DNA of 63,425 bases, filler included, from Licmophora abbreviata (Eukaryota): the NCBI GenBank assembly GCA_900291995.1. It is 4 parts of 4 records of this genome, joined end to end, with 100 filler letters (N's around TTAATTAATTAA, not from the genome) between each part and the next. Parts side by side here need not be neighbours in the genome. Positions count along the whole stretch, not along the records: positions 1 to 26,060 come from OLMU01001162.1; positions 26,161 to 37,606 come from OLMU01001163.1; 2 more parts are not named here. One strand, written 5' to 3'. The position numbers were made by a program, and so were the translations under genes. Below the pieces are notes generated by a model. It was not told the origin of the DNA and made no database searches. It saw nothing but the letters and a program-made list of their open reading frames with translations. Numbering within the stretch: position 1 is the stretch's first letter; the number at the start of each line of letters is the position of its first letter. Below, one piece after another: positions 22,417-33,644 of this stretch.

Positions 22417-23727
22417 ATGGGCCATACCAGCGGAAAGGCGCAACAACCGCCACGATCCACTTTGCGACGACGTTTCTTACAGTGCCTCTTGGCAGGGATC
22501 TTGTCGTCAGTGTTCGCCCTACAGATCTATCTAGCAGATACATTATTCGGTGGCAGCAAACATGAGGTAGCACCGACCAAACGGGCACTTGTCGAGTCGC
22601 TCTCGCAAAAGCGACGCCGCACTCCCCTGTTCGATTCGTCGACAAAAGAGGAGATCCTAAAGCGGATTGAGGAAAACTTTCGCTGCCATGGCAATGACTG
22701 CAGCGATGATATGATGGCTGTCCAAGAAAAGAAGCAACACACTGGTACACAGCCAGTTGCTAAGGCCAACACCGATGACAAGAGCGGCACTTACACTGTC
22801 AAGAGAAATCGTCGCAGACGGAAACCAGTTAGGAAGAAGGCTTGTATCTGCGCCATCGTGAAGAATGAAGATAGATACATAGACGAGTGGGTCGACTACA
22901 ATCTCGCCATAGGATTTGACAAGATTTATCTCTTCGACAACTCTGACAACTATACATTAGAAGACTGGGCGCACAATCGCACCAAGCAGGATCGCCGAAT
23001 TTCTGTCACCCACTTTCCAGGAGAGTCCTCACAGCTTCGAGCCTACCGTGCTTGTGTGAAGTCTCACGCGCGCAGAAACAGGTTGCACTGGGCTGCGTTT
23101 CTGGATGCAGACGAATTCCTTGTTCTGAAGCAACACTCGAATGTCATTGATTTCTTAGAGGAACATCTAGAAAGTGGACAACTATCCATCAACGGGTACA
23201 CCTTCGGCATATCGAATCATACTGAGTACGATCCGACCCCAGTGACGAAGCGAAATTTGTATCGAGGAGCTTCAGTCGATGAACACGTCAAGTCGATTGC
23301 CGTTGTAAATGACAGTAAGAATCAATCATTGGACGACGTTGAGAGGGAGTGATTCTAGGTCATGACATTGCTCACTCAGTCACATCTTTTCCCCCCGACT
23401 TTTTCTCTCTCAGTGAAACGAGGTATCATGCTAAGAAGCCCGCACTTTGTCTGGACGCGAAACGCAACGCAACAAAAAGACACGAGCGGACATATATTTC
23501 ACGGTCCCCTAAATTCGAATGGACCTGTCGACGTGGCAGTGATTCATCACTATCGGTATATTAATACATCCGAGTTTCGTGAGAAGGGCTGTGTCGGAGC
23601 CGATTTTGCGGAGAATACCGACTGTCGTCTCGCCGCCGCGCCAGTCGGAGACATTTACGACGACGCCGCATGGGTTGCCATGAAGAAATATGTTCCGCGA
23701 TACCAAAGCTACGATACTACACAATAA
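22417..23727 (+). CDS. Glycosyltransferase family 92-like protein, copy 2; exons 22417-23314, 23414-23727
   Basis: ACICAIVKNEDRYIDEWVDYNLAIGFD, WAAFLDADEFL; intron 23315-23413 (GTAAGA...CAG) gives VNDMKRGIMLRSPH, colinear with copy 1. Confidence 0.88.
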
Positions 23728-24132
23728 GAGCGAACATCATGCTAGCCTACCAAGTGCAAGTTCTCGTAGGCACAAGAGAGAGCACGTCCGGGATTCATGG
23801 AACATGGACGCGAATAGCGTTTCAAACCACACCGTCGTCTGTCCGTCACAGGAAGTGCCAATTTGAAATTCGAAATCGAGAGACTAAGTCATGAGCTTTT
23901 GAGTCCCGCCAGCATGTATCTCTGTAGAGTCAATACGCGTGCGTACGTATGTATGAATTGTACTAGTATTTCTGTAGCCTCATCAAGTACGTGTCGTTTC
24001 GCTTTCGTGCTTTCTCACACACACTTCAACTTTGGCAGAATTCGGAAGTGATATTCCGATGTCATTGTCTGACACGCCAAAGTTTGTTCGGTTTGGTTGT
24101 AGCATGGCCGATTAAGTTCCTTAGAACTGACC

Positions 24133-25470
24133 ATGACGACCGTGAGGAGTACCAGAATGAACGGGCTTTTGATTTTCCTACTTATTTCCGCCGCGCTGAC
24201 TTTCTCAGACGCGTTTTCATCGTCTGGGTCGCTCTTCGGCACGCGGCGGCGCCAAAATGCAAGCGCACGTCAGGCTGCGAACGATGTGTTCATGGAGTCG
24301 TTAAAGGCGAGGCAACAGGAGATAGAAAACAAGCAAACTGGGCTGCAAAAGAAATGGAAGGCCGCCGACTGTGACACTAAGATACCGATCGCTTTCCCTG
24401 ACTGGGTAAGACGTGTTGATGTTGACTATCCGTTGGTGGCCGCCGGGAGTGCCAGCAGTACCATTTTCGTGGCGCATCTCGAAACAGGAGAAGTTCTGGC
24501 TCAGAGCACCAATGATGAGGATTCTAAAGGGCTAGGTTCGCCATCAGACCTCGACACGACCGTACTCCAAATGTACGGCTCGTACGATGGCGGCGGCACT
24601 CTCTCCATTGCCGTCCATCGAGACTTGATTTGTTCTTCGAATAGGAGTGGTTCTGTCCAAGTCCATCGATTCGACAAGACCTCAAATCAGCTCGTGTTTC
24701 AGGGGAGCATGCGGGCTTTGGAAGGTGTACTAGCAACTAGCGTTCAGCTGGACGATGACTTCTTGTACGTCGGTACCTCCGATGGACGATTGCTCGTGTA
24801 TCCACACAATGACCCGGGGCTTCCTTTGGTACTACAGAGCGATCCTTTCTCGGAATGGAACTTCCAGTCTGCTGTTTTGGACATGTCAATTCATCCAGAA
24901 ATCAATTATGGCGTCGTTTGCACGTCCAAAGGCAGTGTCGAGCTGGTCAACCTTGACGAAGGCGGACGCGTCGTCGTGGCGTGGTATCCTCCCTTTGATA
25001 GTGGGCGATCTTCTCGAAACGTGGTGCCTACTGCTGTCACACTTCTTGAAGAGTCTAGTGAGAACTATAGTTTGGCCTGCGGTGCCTCCGACGGATCACT
25101 GTTTATACACCCCTTGAATTGGGATACCACGAACCACTGTTTGGATGAGGACAGGCCGCTCAACAATGGCATGATGGAATGTAAACCCAAACATATCGGG
25201 GGATGTCAGTGTTTGGTGAGTCCAGGTGTGGATATGCTTGTATCAGGTGGCCAAGATGGAACCGTGAGACTTTGGAATGTCGACACGACGAATGGAAGTA
25301 GTAGAAAGAAAAGTCCGTCGTGTCAGTATCAGTTTTTGGGATACAAGGTGTGGCTGGGGAGTTTGTGGACAGACGGGAGCAAGTTGGTGAGTGATGGTGC
25401 CGACAATACCATCATTCTTCACGATTTTGAAAGCGACGGCGAAGATCCAGATTGGAGAAGCGGTGAATGA
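24133..25470 (+). CDS. WD40 / beta-propeller protein with bipartite plastid-targeting-like N-terminus
   Basis: Signal peptide ending SDA-F followed by an S/R-rich transit; VGTSDG, ACGASDG, LVSGGQDGTVRLWN, LVSDGADNTIILHDF. Confidence 0.8.
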   Translation: MTTVRSTRMNGLLIFLLISAALTFSDAFSSSGSLFGTRRRQNASARQAANDVFMESLKARQQEIENKQTGLQKKWKAADCDTKIPIAFPDWVRRVDVDYPLVAAGSASSTIFVAHLETGEVLAQSTNDEDSKGLGSPSDLDTTVLQMYGSYDGGGTLSIAVHRDLICSSNRSGSVQVHRFDKTSNQLVFQGSMRALEGVLATSVQLDDDFLYVGTSDGRLLVYPHNDPGLPLVLQSDPFSEWNFQSAVLDMSIHPEINYGVVCTSKGSVELVNLDEGGRVVVAWYPPFDSGRSSRNVVPTAVTLLEESSENYSLACGASDGSLFIHPLNWDTTNHCLDEDRPLNNGMMECKPKHIGGCQCLVSPGVDMLVSGGQDGTVRLWNVDTTNGSSRKKSPSCQYQFLGYKVWLGSLWTDGSKLVSDGADNTIILHDFESDGEDPDWRSGE

Positions 25471-25641
25471 ATCGCCTCGCACTCGCACCAAAAGGACGAA
25501 TAGAAGGACATGATACGATAGATGAAGATATCTAACTAATTTTGAGCGAATGCTACTGTTTGCAAGATAGACCATATTGAGACTTGTATAGCGTTACAGC
25601 ATATTTTTAACAGGCTAGTGCTTTTGCCTGTTCATAGCTGT

Positions 25642-26019
25642 TTATAGTTTCGATAGACCTGGCAGGTGTTTCCGCGTCGCGTTCAACACCACAGTGAGTT
25701 TCATCGCGAGACCCATATTGCCCTTGATTTTTAGCTTTCCTTTCATGAAGGCCTGTTGCGGAGTCATTTTCTTATCAAGCAAGTCCTGGAGTACTGAGAG
25801 TGTCGTCTTCACCGTCAAATCAGCCTTGTTGTCTCTATCAGCACTACTATCAAGTCTGTCGAGAGTTCCCGAGACCGCGTCGAAGCGCCATACATGCTGT
25901 CCGTTATCCATATCGAAGACGACGCAAGCCTTGAACTTTCGTTTTACCGCAGCTCCATCCTGGCCTTCAAGGGCGTGCCCCATGGCAGAATATATCGATT
26001 GAGCAGACAGAGACGACAT
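25642..26019 (-). CDS. SCP2 sterol-carrier domain protein, peroxisomal (PTS1)
   Basis: ADLTV...MTPQQAFMKGKLKIKGNMGLAMKL; C-terminal SKL. Confidence 0.92.
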   Translation of the reverse strand: MSSLSAQSIYSAMGHALEGQDGAAVKRKFKACVVFDMDNGQHVWRFDAVSGTLDRLDSSADRDNKADLTVKTTLSVLQDLLDKKMTPQQAFMKGKLKIKGNMGLAMKLTVVLNATRKHLPGLSKL

Positions 26020-26060
26020 GGCGAGGTGTAGGGTGAATCAATGGATCGGTGGTCGGGTCA

Positions 26061-26160
26061 NNNNNNNNNNNNNNNNNNNNNNNNNNNNNNNNNNNNNNNN
26101 NNNNTTAATTAATTAANNNNNNNNNNNNNNNNNNNNNNNNNNNNNNNNNNNNNNNNNNNN
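26061..26160. other. Assembly gap / artificial contig linker
   Basis: 100 nt of N with a central TTAATTAATTAA (26105-26116), which gives stops in all six frames. Confidence 0.97.
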
Positions 26161-26409
26161 GTTTTACTATGTTCGCGACGGACGAAGGTTAGGCGAATGT
26201 TTTTAATTTTCTTCTCATTTTCTTTTAGATCTTCCTGTTGGAACCTGTCGACTCCTAACTTAAAAACGAGTACGCTTGTCTATCATCAGGTACCGGCAGC
26301 ATTAAAGGTAACAAACGGAAGATGACACGGGTTCAAGCAAGTAGTAACAGACAGCATTGAATATTGGATCCAGCTAGCGTCATGGTGTACCGGTACCCGC
26401 CTTGTACTT

Positions 26410-27264
26410 TTACTGCAACTCAAACTCTTTCCAGCCTTCGTGCACTGCGAACTCGCCGTACGCAGCGACAATTTCTTCTCCCTCATCAAAGTCTTGTATC
26501 GCAATAAGTTTGTGTGAGCAGCCATCCTCATGAACGTCATCCGGAACGCTCATGACATTGGGCTCTTGTTCGCCATAGGCTCCGTTCATGAACGATCCAT
26601 CATCCAGGTCAACGCATATACGCAGCTCCGCTTCGTCATCTTCGTCACCGTGTCTCATAATGTACGCCCACTGTAAAACGTCACATGCCAGATCATCTGG
26701 AATCCCCGCGAGGAACTGACGATATGTCTCCGCCTCGTGGAATCGCGCTGTTTGTCTCGAGGACCAGACAAGCTCGCCCTCCTTGACAGATCTCGCTGCG
26801 AACACGCCTCGTCCCTTGCCTTCGCCTGCCTGTCGAACCTCAACAGGTATTGCGAATCCACTATCGAAAGGCGACACGAAATGATCCTCACGAGTCACGC
26901 CTTGATATACACCCCTCAAGAAGCTCCAAGTCGATTCATTGTGTGCAGGGCGTTCGGACTCAAAAATCTCTTGACAGCTGAACCAAGTCCAAAGGTCCGA
27001 GATTGTCATGGAGTCGTAGGTATCTTCGTCCCATTCCTCCTCCTCCTCTGCTTGTTCATCAATCGATTCAGTTTCTTCTCTCTGTATGATGATTGATTCC
27101 TCTGAATCTTCCTGGTTCTCTTTTGCCCCACAGGAAGGAGAACCTTGTTCGGACGACGTCTCAACGCTTTCGGTGGTCGTTTCGTCGGCAAGCCCGCTCG
27201 CGCTGCCAGAGATGGACTGGGACTGAAGCAGCAGTACCAATAGCAGCCACACTATTCGATGCAT
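26410..27264 (-). CDS. SET-domain methyltransferase with N-terminal signal peptide (BacSET-like)
   Basis: MHRIVWLLLVLLLQSQSISG signal; acidic linker; GKGRGVFAARSVKEGELVW, SFMN, PNV, LIAIQDFDEGEEIVAAYG. Confidence 0.85.
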   Translation of the reverse strand: MHRIVWLLLVLLLQSQSISGSASGLADETTTESVETSSEQGSPSCGAKENQEDSEESIIIQREETESIDEQAEEEEEWDEDTYDSMTISDLWTWFSCQEIFESERPAHNESTWSFLRGVYQGVTREDHFVSPFDSGFAIPVEVRQAGEGKGRGVFAARSVKEGELVWSSRQTARFHEAETYRQFLAGIPDDLACDVLQWAYIMRHGDEDDEAELRICVDLDDGSFMNGAYGEQEPNVMSVPDDVHEDGCSHKLIAIQDFDEGEEIVAAYGEFAVHEGWKEFELQ

Positions 27265-27923
27265 CGTTGCGAACCTAGACGACGACCCTCTTACAACACA
27301 GTCGACAGAAGACCACAGCACTACACAACCTGATGAACCTTTTGCTTGCCGTGTCTGGTGTCTACAATAAGACTCACTCGCGATTCGAAAAAAGTGAGCG
27401 CCCCGATCATCGGTTCTCAATAGCTCAGAGCTCGTACACAAGGTCTACGAACTTCGTGGCTCTCATCTTGGCCTCATATTGTCGGCGATCGTCCTGGGAA
27501 ACACCCGTTCTCGGGGCTTGTTGTGCTCCTCATGCCTCATCGTACGTACACAGGTTGATGGGAGGGCAACAAGAAAGTATCGAAACGAAAAATGGAATCA
27601 CGACAGGTAAACACGGGGCCGTCGTCAAGGCACGAGGCGGAAGGCCTCATTGCCTCGCAACTACATGGTGTTCACGGCGGAGAACGACAGACTAAAGTAA
27701 TACTACCCGTACTATATGCTAGCACATTCATCCTTTCATCTAGTTACGTGTTTCGTATGACCATCTCGTTTCTTTCTCAAACTGTCAGTCTCATCGTATC
27801 ATCGCGACAGGGTTCCGTGTCCTTGCACCTCCACACCACGTCCTTGTACCAACACTATAAATTCCACTCTTCCCCCGCAGCAAACACATCACCACCACCT
27901 TGAGACTCACTCCATTGTCCTTT

Positions 27924-28571
27924 CTAGACACTCGAACAACAGTTGACTCGCTTCTTCTTTTCATCATTACTGAGGCTAATCGTCTGCCCAGCCGTCAAGG
28001 AGGGCTGATTATTCTCTTCCGCCGCCATGTTGCGACGACTCATAAGTCGGTAAATTTCCGTGAGAATTCGTTGAAAGGCCGTGTCGACTCCCGACGCATC
28101 CAATGCCGACGTTTCAATAAACGCCAAGTTGTGTTGCTCACTGAAGGCCATGGCTTCATCCGTCTCAACGGCACGCAAGTGTCGCAAGTCGCTCTTGTTG
28201 CCCACCAGCATGACCACAATGTTTGCTTCCGCGTGATCGCGAAGTTCCTTGAGCCATCGCTCCACATTCTCAAAGGTACCGTGTTTGGAAATGTCATAGA
28301 CCAACAGAGCCCCAACAGCCCCGCGATAGTAGGCAGAAGTAATGGCGCGATAACGTTCTTGTCCGGCGGTATCCCAAATTTGCGCCTTGATAGTCTTGCC
28401 TTCGGCCTGAATAGATTTCGTGGCGAATTCGACTCCAATGGTGGATTTGGACTCGAGATTGAATTCGTTGCGAGTAAACCGAGACAGCAAGTTGGATTTA
28501 CCGACTCCCGAGTCCCCAATCAAGACAACCTTGAACAAGTAATCGTACTCTTCGTCCACGCGAGAGGCCAT
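27924..28571 (-). CDS. RAB11: Rab11-family small GTPase
   Basis: [67 protein letters not shown]-terminal CC prenylation motif. Confidence 0.98.
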   Translation of the reverse strand: MASRVDEEYDYLFKVVLIGDSGVGKSNLLSRFTRNEFNLESKSTIGVEFATKSIQAEGKTIKAQIWDTAGQERYRAITSAYYRGAVGALLVYDISKHGTFENVERWLKELRDHAEANIVVMLVGNKSDLRHLRAVETDEAMAFSEQHNLAFIETSALDASGVDTAFQRILTEIYRLMSRRNMAAEENNQPSLTAGQTISLSNDEKKKRVNCCSSV

Positions 28572-29335
28572 GGTAAATTATTGAGAAGGAAAAATAGGCA
28601 AAACTGGAGCAACTGTCGCCAAAAACAAAGAGAAAACGAGACTCGTTGTGAGCACAAGAAGTATACCAGGGGACGAGTTGTTCACTCCACGAGCGCTCAA
28701 GCCTTGCGTTCGCAGTCTCTCTCCATGTCGAACCTCAGAATCACGCCGCTGTCTTCGCCATGGTTCTGGAGCACCTGCAGCGTGCCAAAAAACCCGAACA
28801 TTCCAAAATAAAGACACATGAAGACATTCATTCAGTGGTCATAGATCATCGTAGGAATTACGTAGAAATGTACCAGGCTCAACGGTTGTATCCATGAGAC
28901 CAAGCTCGCTTCCTCCGTCCAATGCAGGACGCTGTGAGGCTCCAATCGAACGGTTTCGCCCGCTTTGAGATGCTCTCGCGCATCATTCCCAAGTTACAAT
29001 CCAAAACTGTGCCTAAGTTTGGCCAGAGAGCTTCTCAATTCCGTCCAAATCAAGCGAAATCGGGCCGTACTCACCAAGTCGTGGTCCGTTGCTGTGTGCT
29101 TGAGTGTGTGAAATGGGCGAAGCACGACGTGGAAACTAAACGTACATTTCACGTAGAAAATGTACGGATGAAAAACGAGGTCTCGTGTGCTGAGATCGTG
29201 GAAGAGTTCGTACATGAGAGGAACCCGGATCTATCCGAAACGAAGACTCCCAAAACACAAGAAGTGTGAAAGTCGAGTCTAGTTACAACAAGCATACCGG
29301 TTACTCTCTAGTGAGTTTCTAGGATGTATCATACA

Positions 29336-30500
29336 TCAACCGACGGTGGCTGGAAGGATCGGTACGCCCGTCCAAAGTGAACAAGCCCAAGCAACCCCAA
29401 GCGAAAGCAACGCTGTTAGCATGAGATTGAGCACGACCCAGAACGAGAACAAGGTGACGACACGGTTCAATACGGGGAACTCTAGTCTCATTGGTGACCG
29501 CACTTCCACGCTCGTCACCATCTGACGGTATCGAAAGAACCATGGGGTGGTGATGGCAACTCTTACTGGCAGGAATGGACCGCCAAAGATCATGTTGAGA
29601 CTAGACTGTGTTTGAAGGAACCGAGACCACAAGGCAGGTCCTGTTAGCGGCGATTTTCCAGTTGCCCCGCTCACCATGGTCCATGCAGCAGCACCGACCA
29701 GGCCGTCCATAACATTGCTGACAAAGTTGTACGCCAAAACCCCCAATGCTCCGACGTTGAGAAAAACGACGAGCCACTCTTTTCGCTGTTCGTCATCCAA
29801 ATTCTGGGTCCAAAACAAGCGGGTGAGCTCGACTAATTGGTGAATGTTGGCCTCCCTCATCAAGCTGAGCGTGTACTCGGTATAAGCGAGGGCGTTCTCG
29901 CCCGTCTTGGTAGCCTTGGATACCGCACCCTTGGTTATATCCTGTAGTTTATGCAAGGGTATGTGCGTGTTCAAGGGTAAGGCATCTTGCTTGTGTGTCA
30001 ATCAAGAAACGGTGCTCATGTTTACACATGATAGAGGTACTAATGCTACTCACACCGAATTTATAATCTTCGTTACCCGTGACGGTTTGAACTGCCTCTT
30101 CTACGGCGTGCGTTGTGGAAGATATAGCCGACTTGGTCAGACTTCCGAACCTGTAGTCCTTCATGCCCGTTGCCTTTCGTACCATGTCCTCAAAGGAAGA
30201 GACACCTCCTTCCGGCCGGTCGCTTTGAATCTTTCCTCCATCTCCGCCCTGTTCGTTCTCTCGTAGCGGCTTTTGGAGCAACCCAATTATCTTTCGTTGC
30301 GATCGTTCTTTGGAGAGAGGAGATTTGAAACCTCTGTCGCTACTATGCGACCTACTGCGGCGACGAAAGAAAGCCCCCGCGCCAAAGCATGAAGTGGGGG
30401 CAGTCAGCAACGACAGGAGGAGAAAGCTTATTACTAGCTTGTCAGCCTTACAGGCACTCGTACGACAATCAGTGGCCTGGAGGAATATCATTTCAGTCAT
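29336..30500 (-). CDS. Hypothetical membrane protein with two TGxxDYxFG(D/S)xTK repeats; exons 30500-30054, 29941-29336
   Basis: Intron 29942-30053 (GTGAGT...CAG) joins DYKFG|DITKG, matching the earlier DYRFGSLTK; N-terminal hydrophobic signal; C-terminal TM helices. Confidence 0.7.
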
Positions 30501-30921
30501 GTGATACAGCGCATCGTGCTGCCTCGAATGTGATGAGTGATGATGGATAATTCAATCTCGGCTCGCGTACGCGTCCAGTCGAGCTCGTCGCGCGCTAGAG
30601 TACGAGCTCTACTGGTACACACATCAAAGAAGAGTTCACGCTGATGGAAGGATTTCTGACACACTCATCACCATGAGGAACCATCACAGCCCACTTTGAG
30701 GCCCGCCTTTACTCGTTAAAGCGTGAACCGCCAATCTTTGAGGCAGAATACATCTGAAATTAACGCAAGTGCATAACTTCGAAGTTTGGTGGTCTCACTT
30801 GCGACGGATCTTCCGAAAACGCCAATCGAGTGCATTCTTTGGTTTCCGACACGTTCAACCACAGATTGGCGCGCGCAACATCAGCAATCATACGCTACCT
30901 TAGCCGTTCCGTGTCGTCACA

Positions 30922-33477
30922 ATGAGGAGGCTACCGTGGACCATCCTCGTTTGGTCGCTTCGGATAGAGTCGAGCGCATGCTTCGTATCCACACACCTTT
31001 CCCCGTCGGTGCAAGTCGGTCCGACATCCCAACGGATCCGAAACGTACGACATGCGACGACCGTGGCAGCCGCGACGCTTGACAACCAAGAAGGCGATTC
31101 TACTGCAATAAATCCCACTACGACTTCTCCCAAAACCACTGCATCATCTTCGCTACCTACTAGTTCATTCAATCTCACTACCGCACTCTTCTGTGCCGGC
31201 CTCGCCTTTGACGCCTACGCAGAACCGCCACAGAATTCCTCGCGATGGGAACGAGGCTCGCAGGGCATGAAAGTGGCTTTCCTGAGCTCCGCCTTTACAC
31301 GATCCATTTACAAGGGACTTTTGGAAGTGACGCCAATCTCTTGTAGTGACTTGCCGGATGAAGAAAGTACGGCAGAAGGACTGCTCAGTGGAGGAGGTGT
31401 CGATGCGTGCGTCATGGTGGCGGTCGTCGAGTCTCAATACAAAGAAGACATTCGATTGCTGGAAAAGGATGAATTCCATAATGGCGTCTTTGATATCAAT
31501 AATGCGGTACATGTGGGCAAGTCACGTACAGCATGGAGCAATACGGATGAAAGAAAATCAGCGGTGGCAAAGAGACAACACAATGTGGCTGTTCCATATC
31601 ATGTCAAGAGCTCGTGGGGCAGGGGTGGACGAGCGAACTTTACAGACGACGAGCCACCGTTCTATCTCTATGTGCAAGAACCGTCATCGGCACGACTCGT
31701 CTTGACTCTTGTGGATGACAACGTCGTGGATCAGCCGCTGCCCATCGCTTCGGCGCACCGTAGATTGTCCGACCTGATCCCCCTGGCCAAAGTAAGTAGC
31801 GAGGAACTCATTCGCAAGCTCCAGAGTGTGGTACAAGAGCAGTTGCAGACACGAGCAGATAATGACGATCCGACCCTGCCGGAGCTGGATGATATTCTGC
31901 CACAAGTGAAACTCGAAAACAAGGGCTGGACGGGCAGCGTCAAACTCACCAACAAACCACGGAAAAAGAGCAAGACCAGTCAGGTGGCATTGGGAGCAGC
32001 CGCCGGAGCGGCAGTGGCTGGGCCCGTGGGGGCGGCTGTGGGTGGTGTATTTGCTAGTTGGTATGAAGGCCAAGTGCGTGGGCGTATTGACGCGAGACTT
32101 CGCTACTTACCTATTCCATCTGTGGACGTTAAACGACCCGTCTATAAGATCAAGGGTGGGTTGCCCGGCGTCGATTGGGGCGAAATGTACGATCGATACC
32201 TGTCAAATCAAGTGGGAGGGGAGAAACACGATGCAACGCGTATAGAGCAGATGCAGTACAAGGATGGAGAGCTGTGTTTCATCATTGACCACGAACTCAC
32301 GGGTGGGTGTTGTGCCGTGTACCGGTCGCTGGAGAAGCGCTTGATCACCGTTTCGTTTAGAGGCACTTGTAAACCGAAAGATATCTTCACAGACGCCTCT
32401 ATTGCGCAGGACGCGTGGGTAGAAGGGGAGGATGTTACGGAGGAAGGGATACTCAAAGTTCATAGTGGGTTCAGACGCTCTATGAACTCTATTTCACGTC
32501 GACTCAAAGAGTTGGTGCTAGCCGCTGTTGCCCCGGGAGAAGATATCGCAGACTACGACATGATTGTGACAGGCCACTCGCTTGGAGGAGCTCTCGCCAC
32601 ATTGTTTGCCATGGACATTGGCGAGTACGGAATTGATGCTGGTCGCGCTCTCCCACAGACAGAAAAGTCAGATGCGTGGTGGACGGCCATTGCAAACACG
32701 TTCATGGGCAAGGGCGCCATGAGTAAGAGTACGCGTCCACCTCGTCCCAAGTCGCTTCGCATGTACAATTTTGGGAGCCCACGGGTCGGAAATAGCGAGT
32801 TTGCTGCCAAGTTCGATTCGCTTGTACAAGCTGGATTGGTCGACGAGGCGTACCGCGTTGTGAACGGAGAAGATTTGGTGGCGAGACATCCTCGAACTGT
32901 CAATGCTCTCGTATTTGGAAACATCGCCTACGATCACTGCGGCAAGACTGCTCTGGTTTCCATGTCGCGAAGGAAGGGCGAGGATGATTCCGGAGAGCCA
33001 CTCGAGTACCCCCGAGTTTGGGTGGAGGGCGAGAGCAATGATGAGGATTGTCCTGTCCGCGATGGAACTCCGCTTACGAGTCCTTTGGCGGATGGTTCGT
33101 TGCTAGCCGACTTGCTAAATTCGACCCAGGAAACATGGAATGACGAAGGCGATGATTCACAGGGCTTTCAGCTCGGGGCGTATGCTGGAAAAGTACAGCA
33201 GATGGCATTGAAGTTTTCTGAACGCCTCAAGACCGTTTCTGCTACTGACGTAGCCAGTATCGTTGGTGTAGACAGGAGATTCACGCAACGCGAAATGAGA
33301 ATGATTGATAGTATTCTCAAGGGCGAGGCGCTTGCGCACCACATGGAGGACGAGTACTACTCTGCTATTGGTCGTGCGTGCGGGTTCAAAGCCATTGTGG
33401 GCGAGACAATCACAGACCTCGCGGCTGAACCTCCCCTGCAAGCAACCCTCGACAATCGGACCGAAGTCACGCAGTAG
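30922..33477 (+). CDS. Class 3 lipase with C2-like region, probably plastid-targeted
   Basis: Signal ending SSAC-F; ITVSFRGT, VHSGF, VTGHSLGGALATL, YNFGSPRVGN, YRVVNGEDLV, HHMEDEY. Confidence 0.9.
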   Translation: MRRLPWTILVWSLRIESSACFVSTHLSPSVQVGPTSQRIRNVRHATTVAAATLDNQEGDSTAINPTTTSPKTTASSSLPTSSFNLTTALFCAGLAFDAYAEPPQNSSRWERGSQGMKVAFLSSAFTRSIYKGLLEVTPISCSDLPDEESTAEGLLSGGGVDACVMVAVVESQYKEDIRLLEKDEFHNGVFDINNAVHVGKSRTAWSNTDERKSAVAKRQHNVAVPYHVKSSWGRGGRANFTDDEPPFYLYVQEPSSARLVLTLVDDNVVDQPLPIASAHRRLSDLIPLAKVSSEELIRKLQSVVQEQLQTRADNDDPTLPELDDILPQVKLENKGWTGSVKLTNKPRKKSKTSQVALGAAAGAAVAGPVGAAVGGVFASWYEGQVRGRIDARLRYLPIPSVDVKRPVYKIKGGLPGVDWGEMYDRYLSNQVGGEKHDATRIEQMQYKDGELCFIIDHELTGGCCAVYRSLEKRLITVSFRGTCKPKDIFTDASIAQDAWVEGEDVTEEGILKVHSGFRRSMNSISRRLKELVLAAVAPGEDIADYDMIVTGHSLGGALATLFAMDIGEYGIDAGRALPQTEKSDAWWTAIANTFMGKGAMSKSTRPPRPKSLRMYNFGSPRVGNSEFAAKFDSLVQAGLVDEAYRVVNGEDLVARHPRTVNALVFGNIAYDHCGKTALVSMSRRKGEDDSGEPLEYPRVWVEGESNDEDCPVRDGTPLTSPLADGSLLADLLNSTQETWNDEGDDSQGFQLGAYAGKVQQMALKFSERLKTVSATDVASIVGVDRRFTQREMRMIDSILKGEALAHHMEDEYYSAIGRACGFKAIVGETITDLAAEPPLQATLDNRTEVTQ

Positions 33478-33644
33478 CCTCTAGGAGTTTGCAATGATTG
33501 TTTTAGCGACAGCAGAGCTAAGTTACACTGTATCGAAGTCTTTATAGAAGTTATAATTCCACGATGGGCTCCATCTCACATAAAATTTCAGTTATCGACC
33601 GACTGTTTCGGGACAACCGATTCGTCTCACGGTACGAAAACACT

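Noticed and set aside
22204..22446. 80-aa minus-strand ORF between the GT92 copies
   Set aside because: Overlaps the start of copy 2, has a non-ATG start and no recognisable family; a gene relic cannot be excluded.
26105..26116. TTAATTAATTAA palindrome, repeated at 37651 and 61414
   Set aside because: Always centred in exactly 100-nt N blocks; it is an artificial six-frame stop linker, not biology.
27900..28811. 303-aa antisense ORF over Rab11
   Set aside because: Mirror-frame shadow of a conserved gene, with a non-ATG start.
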